Sequence record: PP680570.1
DNA: 64,000 nt
Origin: Enterococcus phage VRE9_4
Direction: 5' to 3' (one strand)
The notes under the pieces are model-generated. The model saw only the letters and a list, made by a program, of their open reading frames with translations, was not told where the DNA came from and ran no database searches. The translations under genes were made by a program, and so were the position numbers. Positions 39,559 to 48,183 of the stretch are shown here, piece by piece. The number at the start of each line of letters is the position of its first letter. Within the stretch, counting starts at the first letter, position 1.

Positions 39559-41991
39559 ATGGCTTTTACAGATGATTTTTTAAAAAAGATAAAAGGTGGA
39601 GCTTATGCTAGTTGGAAAAACTATAAGGTCTTACCTTCTGTTGTTGCCGCTCAGGCAGCATTAGAGTCAAACTGGGGTAGAAGTTCCCTAGCGACACAAG
39701 GGAAAAATCTGTTTGGGGTAAAAGGAAGTTATAAAGGACAGTCTATTGTCTTTCCTACCCAAGAGTGGACTGGTGGAGGATATGTAACTATTAATGACGC
39801 CTTTGCTAAGTATCCTAGTTGGGATGTTTCCATTGTGGAACATGGTAAATTAATTGCAGAAAATGCTCGTTATCGTGCTGCTATTGGGAAAACAGATCCT
39901 TTAGCCCAAATCACAGCAATTTGGAGCGCTGGTTATGCAACAGATCCTGCTTATCCAAGCAAAATTATGTCAGTTATTAATGCTAATAATTTAAGAGCAT
40001 GGGATTTAGACGCTTTTTCTGGTGGAGATGGCGGAGGATTCAGTGGAGATATAGGTGGAGGAAATGGTTATAAAAACTTTTCTGAAAATCTTATCAAGAA
40101 AAATGGTACTACAAGACCAGGGTTTAAATTAGAAGCAATGCAAGCCATTGTAGTGCATGATATTCAAAGTAGTTCTAATTTAGGTGGAATAAGGAATATT
40201 CTTAATTCTGGAAATGGTGGACAAAAAATGGGTTATCATGTTATTGTCTCAGAAAATGACGCCCAACTAGTAGTACCCTTTACAGAAGGAGTTTATCATG
40301 CGGAGAGAGGCAAAAGCTTAGTTGCTGGCATGAGTAATCCAAATAAAAAAACTATCTCTATTGGAGTAGTAACAAAACGTTCACTTTCTAATTTTTCTAC
40401 CAACCTAAATATTAAATTAGCCTTAGTTATTGCGGAAATATGTAGAACATATAAAATACCTGCAACCGCTGTATTACCAGCTTGGCAAGTAGATGGAGTA
40501 AGCGAACCTATTAGCTGGTATAATAATCCTTTCTTATATACTGCCTTTGTAGGAATGGTAAGTGATGCTATTGAAAAAGGAGAAGATGTAATTACAAATC
40601 CTGACTATGACAGTGGTGGAGGAGGAACTGGTGCTGATGGGTTAATACCAAATGGAGAAGGCGCAATTAAGAATATTATTAAAGAAGCCAATGATTTGCT
40701 TGGATCAATGACCTATTCTTGGACAAGACCTGCCCAAATAAGAAAAGGCGGTTTTGGAGACTGTTCTTCATTCTGTCAATATCTATACCAAAAACATGCT
40801 AAGGTTGATATAGGAAGTTATACTGATGCCCAATGGTTTGGAAGTTGGGGTAAAAAAGTTAACGTTAAAGATGCTAGAGCAGGGGACTTAATATTCTTTG
40901 CTGGAACCTATGCTACTAATATGACAACCACTCATATTGGAATTGTTGTTGGTGGAGGAAAAATGATTGACTTTGGTTCTACACCAGGTCCAAAATTAAA
41001 CAATTATAATGATAGTTATTGGGGACCAAAAATCTATGGTGTGAAAAGAATTTTTTCTGATGCAGATTATAACCAATCCCAATCAGGAGGAGGAAAACCT
41101 TCAAAACCTACAATTGACCCTAAAGGAACATATGTTGTTAATGTTAAAAAATCAGTTGTTGCAACTAACGCTGATGTCGGCGGAGTATCACAAAGAAGAT
41201 TATCTTCCAATGAAGTTTATAGAGTACAAGAAATTGGTAAAACTAGTTTACAATTAGCCTCTAATGAATTATGGGTGCCTAAGAGTAGTGATGCAATAAC
41301 AGTTTCACGATTATCTACACCATCTTCTCCTATTGGAGCTATTTCAACTAAATTACCTACAAAAGTATATTCTGCTCCTACTTATGTAGCAGAACCAGCA
41401 ATAGAGAAAGGAACGCCAAGAATTCTTCCTGAAAAAACAAGTATGAATATTTACGCTGTAGAGAATGGTTTTGCTCAAGTGGATTTAGAAAAAAATCATT
41501 GGGCTGTAGCTAATTCTACATATGCGACTTTGAATATTGATTTATCTGAAGAATTTGTAGAAGATATTAATTTTGAACAGGGCATTCCAACTTCAACTAC
41601 TGTAAGAGGACGGTATGAACCAGAAGACTTTATTACAGTAGAGAATAGTTTGCCAATTAAAAATGGATTAGCTGTAGTTGCTCATCCAGATTTATTGGAT
41701 ATTGGTTCAGTAATTAATATAGAAATTCCATCAGCAACTAAATATAATAGAAAAGCAGTTGTGGTATCAAATAAATTAAATGATTCAGATGGAAACGTAT
41801 TAGAATTGATATTTACAAACCAAGGAGATCAATATAATTTTGGAGGAAGAACTGGAATTATTACATTATTAGAAGTATTAGATAATGATGTAGATATTAC
41901 AAAATTTATGAATAATCCAGAAGGTTACGAACAAACTAAAGCTATCCCTCCAAAAACTCCAGAAGGAGGTATGTTAGGTGAGCCAAAGTAA
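39559..41991 (+). CDS. multidomain endolysin: GH73 glucosaminidase + Amidase_2 (PGRP-type) + NlpC/P60-like cysteine peptidase + C-terminal SH3-like binding repeats
   Basis: 810 aa. N-terminal AAQAALESNWGRSSLATQGKNLFGVKG matches the AcmA/LytD-type glucosaminidase. The middle region (AIVVHDIQ...GYHVIVSENDAQLVV...YHAERG) is amidase_2-like. GGFGDCSSFCQYLY ... THIGIVVGG gives the Cys/His of NlpC/P60. C-terminal segments of about 70 aa look SH3b-like. Confidence 0.8.
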   Translation: MAFTDDFLKKIKGGAYASWKNYKVLPSVVAAQAALESNWGRSSLATQGKNLFGVKGSYKGQSIVFPTQEWTGGGYVTINDAFAKYPSWDVSIVEHGKLIAENARYRAAIGKTDPLAQITAIWSAGYATDPAYPSKIMSVINANNLRAWDLDAFSGGDGGGFSGDIGGGNGYKNFSENLIKKNGTTRPGFKLEAMQAIVVHDIQSSSNLGGIRNILNSGNGGQKMGYHVIVSENDAQLVVPFTEGVYHAERGKSLVAGMSNPNKKTISIGVVTKRSLSNFSTNLNIKLALVIAEICRTYKIPATAVLPAWQVDGVSEPISWYNNPFLYTAFVGMVSDAIEKGEDVITNPDYDSGGGGTGADGLIPNGEGAIKNIIKEANDLLGSMTYSWTRPAQIRKGGFGDCSSFCQYLYQKHAKVDIGSYTDAQWFGSWGKKVNVKDARAGDLIFFAGTYATNMTTTHIGIVVGGGKMIDFGSTPGPKLNNYNDSYWGPKIYGVKRIFSDADYNQSQSGGGKPSKPTIDPKGTYVVNVKKSVVATNADVGGVSQRRLSSNEVYRVQEIGKTSLQLASNELWVPKSSDAITVSRLSTPSSPIGAISTKLPTKVYSAPTYVAEPAIEKGTPRILPEKTSMNIYAVENGFAQVDLEKNHWAVANSTYATLNIDLSEEFVEDINFEQGIPTSTTVRGRYEPEDFITVENSLPIKNGLAVVAHPDLLDIGSVINIEIPSATKYNRKAVVVSNKLNDSDGNVLELIFTNQGDQYNFGGRTGIITLLEVLDNDVDITKFMNNPEGYEQTKAIPPKTPEGGMLGEPK

Positions 41992-42193
41992 ATCTTTAAT
42001 TTTAAGAGATCCAAAAGGACAGAATTGGTTGGTCCGAGTATATCATGAAGATGGTATTCGTCAATTGTATACAACAAAAACTGATGAAGAGGGAGAAAAT
42101 TCAGTAAGAATTAAAACCTATCAAGGATATTATAAACTTAAAATAAGTACTAAAGGACAGCTAATAACATTTCCAATTGATTCAATTGGGTAA
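41978..42193 (+). CDS. small hypothetical protein (GTG start)
   Basis: 71 aa with AGAAGGAGG 7 nt upstream of GTG. It overlaps the lysin 3' end by 14 nt. Confidence 0.45.
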   Translation: MSQSKSLILRDPKGQNWLVRVYHEDGIRQLYTTKTDEEGENSVRIKTYQGYYKLKISTKGQLITFPIDSIG

Positions 42194-42285
42194 TATATAA
42201 AAAGAATTAGAGGGTATGCAATAACAATGTGCTTATCCTCTTTTTCAATACTTTTAGAGCAAAAAACAAAAGGAGGAAAAGGATA

Positions 42286-43401
42286 ATGGAAGGATTTAAA
42301 AAACACACTTTCCGTGACCATCAAGGGAATATTATACTTCCTGAAACAGTCTCAGAAATGGTAAGAGAAACACCAGATAGACGCTTTGTAGATAATTCAG
42401 AAAAACAAATTTTAACTAGATTTGGTGGTAAAATTGATATTGTTGATATGTTAATTACTAATGCAGAACCTATTCGAGCATTAGCTACACAAGAAGTTGC
42501 CTTAACTCAACTAATTGATAAAGTACCAAATAATTTCGAGGATATTGTTTTAACTACAGATGAACTATCACGTTTAGTTCCTTATATTTCACAATTAATT
42601 GAAAACTTAAGTTATCCACCAGTTGTAACTTCTACAACTTCAGGTTTATCTTATGCTTTACAAATTGATGATACAGATCCAAATAATTTAAAACTTAAAT
42701 TCGCACAACAATCTATTAATACAGGTCAACCATTAACTTATGTTAAGGGAGATAAATGGAAGGTTCAACCAGGAGTGCCAGATGTATTAGTTGAATTAGC
42801 ACCAACTCATATTGCTTTTGATAACTCCAGAAAAACTGTTTTAGTCTTTAACGAAGGCAAAAATTTGGTGGACGTACCAGAAGATGTATTTACAAATATA
42901 GTTAATGGTGTTCAAGAAGAAACTATTACTGCAGAAGATGATAATATCCCACAAGCATTTGTACGATTTGCGGTTCGTCACCAATTACAAGAATTATTTG
43001 CTACTTCTAAAAGTTTAGAAAATACTATTTCAAACTTTACTATTGAAGTATTATCTCAACCAATGGAAGGCACAACAAGTGCATTAACGCAAGCTTATAT
43101 GAACGGCAATGTAGTACAACCAGTTCGAGAAGCAAATAAAAAAGAAGATTATACTGCTAATACTTTCCAAAATATTACATGGACAAATAGTTTAGATACT
43201 AATTTTATTAGAGAATGGCTAAATGACTCTGGTGAAGCAGCATTAGTTACTTATGGGAAGACTAATAATTCTATTAGTATCGCAAAGCCAACATTAAAAG
43301 TTTATATTAAAAATCCATATATTGGAAAAACATTAGTTGCTCAAAATAATATGGATGGTAAATTTAATATCTTAGATTGGGCTATTAGTGAAGAAGAATA
43401 A
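42286..43401 (+). CDS. hypothetical structural-like protein (post-lysis block, gene 1)
   Basis: 371 aa from MEGFKKHTF with RBS AAAGGAGGAAAAGG. The track start at 42229 lacks an RBS. Confidence 0.5.
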   Translation: MEGFKKHTFRDHQGNIILPETVSEMVRETPDRRFVDNSEKQILTRFGGKIDIVDMLITNAEPIRALATQEVALTQLIDKVPNNFEDIVLTTDELSRLVPYISQLIENLSYPPVVTSTTSGLSYALQIDDTDPNNLKLKFAQQSINTGQPLTYVKGDKWKVQPGVPDVLVELAPTHIAFDNSRKTVLVFNEGKNLVDVPEDVFTNIVNGVQEETITAEDDNIPQAFVRFAVRHQLQELFATSKSLENTISNFTIEVLSQPMEGTTSALTQAYMNGNVVQPVREANKKEDYTANTFQNITWTNSLDTNFIREWLNDSGEAALVTYGKTNNSISIAKPTLKVYIKNPYIGKTLVAQNNMDGKFNILDWAISEEE

Positions 43402-43426
43402 AAGAGAAAAAGGAGGAAAGAACTAA

Positions 43427-45625
43427 ATGGCTATTTATTATAATATTTTATACCCACCATTAGTTCCTATTACGCATCCTGCCTTTGAATTAGGAAAACC
43501 AACTGACACGTTTAGACTTTTTTTTGAACCAGCAGTTGGTAATAAAATTTCTGATTTTAAAGGAGGATTTATTAGAATCAGAAATGCTGAGACAGAAAAA
43601 AGTGCGCTATTACCAGTTGGAGAAGGATACCTAGATGATTTTATTCCTTTTAGAAATCCATTTGCTGAATATATTGATTTAAAAGATCCTTCAAAAAATA
43701 TAATTCAGCCAACTGGATATAATACTACAATGCCTTATGTACAAAAAAATACTAATGGAGAATATTTTATTGATATAAAGCAAGAAGCTTTTACTATGTC
43801 TGGCGCAGAAAAAGATGTTAGATATAAAATGCAAATTATGTTAACAACAGACTGGCTTTCCTCTACTAAGCCAAATGGAAGAGGAAATATTCAAACTTAC
43901 TCTAGTGATGTACAACAGTATGTAAATATTGATAAAACCACATACTTTGGAGGAAATTTAATTTCTAAGGGATTGTCTGAGTGGTCTACTATTTCTTTAA
44001 TTTCTCCTGTGAGTGAAGCAATTTATGAACTGCAATTTGATGGGAATAATATTTTTTCACCAATATTTGAATTTGTTGGTTCTAATATACAAGAAAATAT
44101 TAGAAATAACACAATGGCTAATTATCTTAAAGCTTATAGAATTGATATTTATAGAGCTAATGGAGATGAAAAAGAACTTTTTATTGATTCAAGTGATTGG
44201 ATTATCGGTCAAGAACCTTCAAATATTGAAATTAGATGGCAAAATGTAGTAGAATTAGAAGATAAGAATAAGTATATAGTTGAATTATCAATACAAACTG
44301 CCTGGGACCTAAGAAAAACATTTACTTATCATGTTACAACACAATTTGAAGGAAGCTTATTTAGGGGCTCAGTTAGTGTTGAAAACGATCATGATAATGC
44401 TCGTTCTAAAATCAAACTAAATATAAAAACACCTCTACAATGGGGACCAAAGGAAAACTTTGAAATTTCTCTTAACGACAGAGAATTTGCTGATGCAACT
44501 GGAGAAGTATCTGTACTTGAAGGAATCGACTTCTTTAATAAACAAGCTGCTATAGCAGGGGAAATGATAGTTTCTGGAATTAAACCAATAAAAACTTGGG
44601 AAGCAAAAGAAGACCGATGGTTCTTCAGATTAAAAGGACCAGAGATTTCTACAATTAATCCCTACCAAGAAGAATATCTAATGTATGCCCATACTGCTCC
44701 TCTTGGGAAAGATAAAGCTTCTGAAGGTCCTTACGAAGATGATATTATTATTAATCCTGTTATTGAAAGTCCATCAGGAGATATATATCTAACTTACCTA
44801 GATAGTTCTAAAACTCCTACAACAGAAGGAGGAATTATTGGAGGTATGGGAGGTATTGTTACTATTCCGAGCGAAGATTTACCAAGTTCGCATACCTTCT
44901 TCTATTTGGAAGATGAAAATCAACAACTATGGAAAACAACTGTTACAATTAATGGAGAATTCGTCACAGAACAATCTCATGAAAAAGATCCAACAGAATT
45001 TTTAAAACCTGTTTGTTTCTTTGATTCATATCATAATATTTTAGTAGTACCAAGAGTAGAGACAAATGGAACTATTGTTCTTGATACAGTTTACGAAAAT
45101 TATGTATTGGGCGAAAACGTCCGTCCAATGTATCTTAATGAATTTAGATTTGTTAAAAGAGTTTATGCTCTTGAACTTGGAAGAAAAACTCTATTAACTA
45201 CACAAACTTATAAAGCTTACATGAATGATTTTAATAAGAAGTTAAATAAGTGGGTTAAAATACAACCGACAAGAAAATATTATATGTACTTTTCTTGTAT
45301 TGATGGACAGATAAGATTAATAGTACGAGATTTATCCGCTGATGATAGCCAAAACAGTTTAGATAGATTTACATTAACTTATTCTGAAGGATTCATGAAC
45401 AGTGTTGGAATAAGTTCTGATATGTTTTTAACAACAACTGGTTTAGGTTCAGATTTCCTACCAAAAGTTGATTTAAGTGGCAAGGAAGTTCCTTATACAA
45501 TTACAGCAGATGAACGAGGAGTCTTAGGAACGGATGTTGGAAACATCTCTGCTGCAACAACACGTTCGAGAGACTTATTAACCAGTGACATTGAAGAATT
45601 AAAGAGTAAAGGAGAAATAGAATAA
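43427..45625 (+). CDS. hypothetical large structural-like protein (post-lysis block, gene 2)
   Basis: 732 aa with RBS AAAGGAGGAAAG. It is beta-rich with no catalytic motif seen. Confidence 0.5.
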   Translation: MAIYYNILYPPLVPITHPAFELGKPTDTFRLFFEPAVGNKISDFKGGFIRIRNAETEKSALLPVGEGYLDDFIPFRNPFAEYIDLKDPSKNIIQPTGYNTTMPYVQKNTNGEYFIDIKQEAFTMSGAEKDVRYKMQIMLTTDWLSSTKPNGRGNIQTYSSDVQQYVNIDKTTYFGGNLISKGLSEWSTISLISPVSEAIYELQFDGNNIFSPIFEFVGSNIQENIRNNTMANYLKAYRIDIYRANGDEKELFIDSSDWIIGQEPSNIEIRWQNVVELEDKNKYIVELSIQTAWDLRKTFTYHVTTQFEGSLFRGSVSVENDHDNARSKIKLNIKTPLQWGPKENFEISLNDREFADATGEVSVLEGIDFFNKQAAIAGEMIVSGIKPIKTWEAKEDRWFFRLKGPEISTINPYQEEYLMYAHTAPLGKDKASEGPYEDDIIINPVIESPSGDIYLTYLDSSKTPTTEGGIIGGMGGIVTIPSEDLPSSHTFFYLEDENQQLWKTTVTINGEFVTEQSHEKDPTEFLKPVCFFDSYHNILVVPRVETNGTIVLDTVYENYVLGENVRPMYLNEFRFVKRVYALELGRKTLLTTQTYKAYMNDFNKKLNKWVKIQPTRKYYMYFSCIDGQIRLIVRDLSADDSQNSLDRFTLTYSEGFMNSVGISSDMFLTTTGLGSDFLPKVDLSGKEVPYTITADERGVLGTDVGNISAATTRSRDLLTSDIEELKSKGEIE

Positions 45626-46218
45626 TGGATAAAGTAGACTTAAAAATACAAGTACCCAGACGATTAGAAATTGATCCTCCAGCTAATGTGGGACCTTCTA
45701 AATTCCCTAGTGTTGTAGATCAATTAAAAGTAATTGAATATTCAAGTGTTCCTTCTGGGGGACAACTAGAAAAAGACTTACATGATTATTATGCTATCTT
45801 AGCGAACGTATCAAACAATACAGCGTCAGAGCAAGACTTTGTAAAACTTAAAGAGTTGATGTTGAGAGTTCGTAATTATGTTTTGACGGAAGATGATTTT
45901 AATCTAATGGCTGATGCTATTAGAACTACACAGTCTTATTTAAAAGCATCAATTGAAGCTGCAGATGGCAACTATGAACTAATTTCAATTGTTGCTCAAC
46001 AATTGGTAGATCAAATCAATGAATGGAGTCTATGGCTTCAAGATGAACTAGCAAAAGTAGCAGCCAATAAAAATTGGGGTGCGCCAGTAATTTATAGCGA
46101 AAATAGCCCAGGACCTTCTGCTCTTGGATATTTGTGGGCCCAACCACAAGACGATACCTACATTGCTCCGGCAATTACTTTTAACCCTGACGAAGACTTA
46201 AATGATTATCCACAATAA
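45625..46218 (+). CDS. hypothetical protein (post-lysis block, gene 3)
   Basis: 197 aa with a TAATG stop-start overlap with the upstream gene. Confidence 0.5.
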   Translation: MDKVDLKIQVPRRLEIDPPANVGPSKFPSVVDQLKVIEYSSVPSGGQLEKDLHDYYAILANVSNNTASEQDFVKLKELMLRVRNYVLTEDDFNLMADAIRTTQSYLKASIEAADGNYELISIVAQQLVDQINEWSLWLQDELAKVAANKNWGAPVIYSENSPGPSALGYLWAQPQDDTYIAPAITFNPDEDLNDYPQ

Positions 46219-46232
46219 GGAGGTAGATATAA

Positions 46233-48086
46233 ATGGCAGTACCATTTGCTTCATTTAAAGAATATGGTAATGACGACTTACAACTATACTATCCCTTATT
46301 AATGACTTCTCCAGCTATTCCACAGGCTGGAGATAGTTATCTTTCTGATATAGCTTTAAGAGATATTTCAATTAAATCTATATATATGGAAGGTGGTCAT
46401 ATGGAGCCTAATTTAGATTGGGATGGTAGTCGTTACGATTGGGCTTCTGGAGTTACAGAAATACAATCAGACTTTGTTGACGCAGGAGGAGAATCTCCAA
46501 CAGGTAATTTTAACCTATTAAAGAATACAGCTTTGTCAACTTTTCAAAGTACTCATTGGACTTCAGTTTTTGAAAAACCTTATGTAGAGGGTTCTGATGA
46601 TATTGAACAACCTTATAATTGGGTTTATTCTAAATCTGAACCTTCTGACCATAGTAAAATTTGGGTAGATACAAGAGAAGAAACTATAGAACCTAAATAT
46701 TATCAAAATGGCTGGAAAAATTATTATGATTTTAAACAAAAAGAGTTTAAAGGTGAGGTTGGATTAGTAGAAAATAAAAGAAATGGAAACGCCTTTAGAA
46801 TTTATAAAGCTCCTAAAATTAATGCTAACATAGGAATCGCTCAATTTGTACCATTAAAAATAGTTCTGTGGCAAGGAGATGCTATTACAGTTGGCTTTAA
46901 CCTTAGTGAGAAAACTGATTCAGGTGGAGCAGTAATTCGTATAGAATTCTATGATAATAATAGACAGTTAATTCAAACAAAATATTCTCCTAGATTCTTT
47001 AATAAAACTGAAGAAAGTAAACATTTTGGACATCCTTTTATTTTTACAGACCGAACAAAAGCAGCTGCTTTTATTAGGGTTTCTATTCTTGGAGTAGAAG
47101 ATCGAAAAAGTGAATTACAAGTAAATAGAATTAAAGCAGAAATAGGTATGGAAGATACAGGATGGAATTTGCATGAAGAAGAATTATTGTTAAATCTTAA
47201 TGCAGGAGAAATAGACGTTCCAATGCTGAATGGAGAGGTTGATAAATCTAAATTAATTTCTGAAATTGCAATCTTGCGTTCTGTTTTGGGAGAAGGATTG
47301 CTGAAATGGGAAGAAGTAACTAGACTAAAATCTAGTTCAGTACAAGAAGCAATCTTATATGATTATTTTATAGAAAATGGTAATTACTATCGATATGCTT
47401 TACAACCTATATTAGCCAACGGAATGAAAGGTGCTATTACTTCATTCTACGATACTGTGACTACTTTTGATGGTTTCTGGTTGCTAGGAGAAAAAGATGA
47501 ACAGTTTTCATTTATTTATAATGGTAAAATTGGAGAAATCTCCTATGTAAAACCTAGAGATGTTATTCAAACTATTGCAGGGCAATATCCATATTTTGTA
47601 ACCTCTTCTGAATTAGATTATAGAACATATCAATTTTCTGGTACATTAACTTATCATCAAGATGTTCACAAATTACTTACTTCTGATAGTTATTCTGTCG
47701 CAATATCTCCAGATCCAACTATTCCTATTAGTTATGTAGAACTAAAATATGGAGATGAAATGTTGCTTAATATGAAGAACGATTTAGAAGAAGTACAAGA
47801 TGGTATGGTAATGCAAAGAATTTGGAGAAACAAAATTTTAGCATGGTTAAATGATGGAAAACCTAAAATTCTTAAATCAGAAGCTCAAGGGAATATGTTA
47901 GTAATGTTGACAAATATTAAGGTTACCCCAAATGAACCAACGTTTGGTTTAATTTCTGATTTTGAATGTACTGTTACTGAAATTGGAAAACTTGATGAAA
48001 AAGCATTACAAAAATATAAACTTCGTAAATCTTCTATTATGAAGGATGAGCTTGTAAAAGAAGCTATGAAAAATACTTCATTCTAA
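46233..48086 (+). CDS. hypothetical structural-like protein with CBM-like beta segments (post-lysis block, gene 4)
   Basis: 617 aa with RBS TAAGGAGGTAG. Confidence 0.5.
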   Translation: MAVPFASFKEYGNDDLQLYYPLLMTSPAIPQAGDSYLSDIALRDISIKSIYMEGGHMEPNLDWDGSRYDWASGVTEIQSDFVDAGGESPTGNFNLLKNTALSTFQSTHWTSVFEKPYVEGSDDIEQPYNWVYSKSEPSDHSKIWVDTREETIEPKYYQNGWKNYYDFKQKEFKGEVGLVENKRNGNAFRIYKAPKINANIGIAQFVPLKIVLWQGDAITVGFNLSEKTDSGGAVIRIEFYDNNRQLIQTKYSPRFFNKTEESKHFGHPFIFTDRTKAAAFIRVSILGVEDRKSELQVNRIKAEIGMEDTGWNLHEEELLLNLNAGEIDVPMLNGEVDKSKLISEIAILRSVLGEGLLKWEEVTRLKSSSVQEAILYDYFIENGNYYRYALQPILANGMKGAITSFYDTVTTFDGFWLLGEKDEQFSFIYNGKIGEISYVKPRDVIQTIAGQYPYFVTSSELDYRTYQFSGTLTYHQDVHKLLTSDSYSVAISPDPTIPISYVELKYGDEMLLNMKNDLEEVQDGMVMQRIWRNKILAWLNDGKPKILKSEAQGNMLVMLTNIKVTPNEPTFGLISDFECTVTEIGKLDEKALQKYKLRKSSIMKDELVKEAMKNTSF

Positions 48087-48096
48087 TAAATAAAAT

Positions 48097-48138
48097 TAAA
48101 CTGGGGAACTTGTGATAGTACCCAGTTTAATTTTTTTA
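48097..48138 (+). terminator. intrinsic terminator
   Basis: TTAAACTGGG-15 nt loop-CCCAGTTTAA followed by TTTTTTT. Confidence 0.55.
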
Positions 48139-48183
48139 TATAAAAGAGAAACTTTACATACCAAGAGCAAAGGAGAGAAAGTA

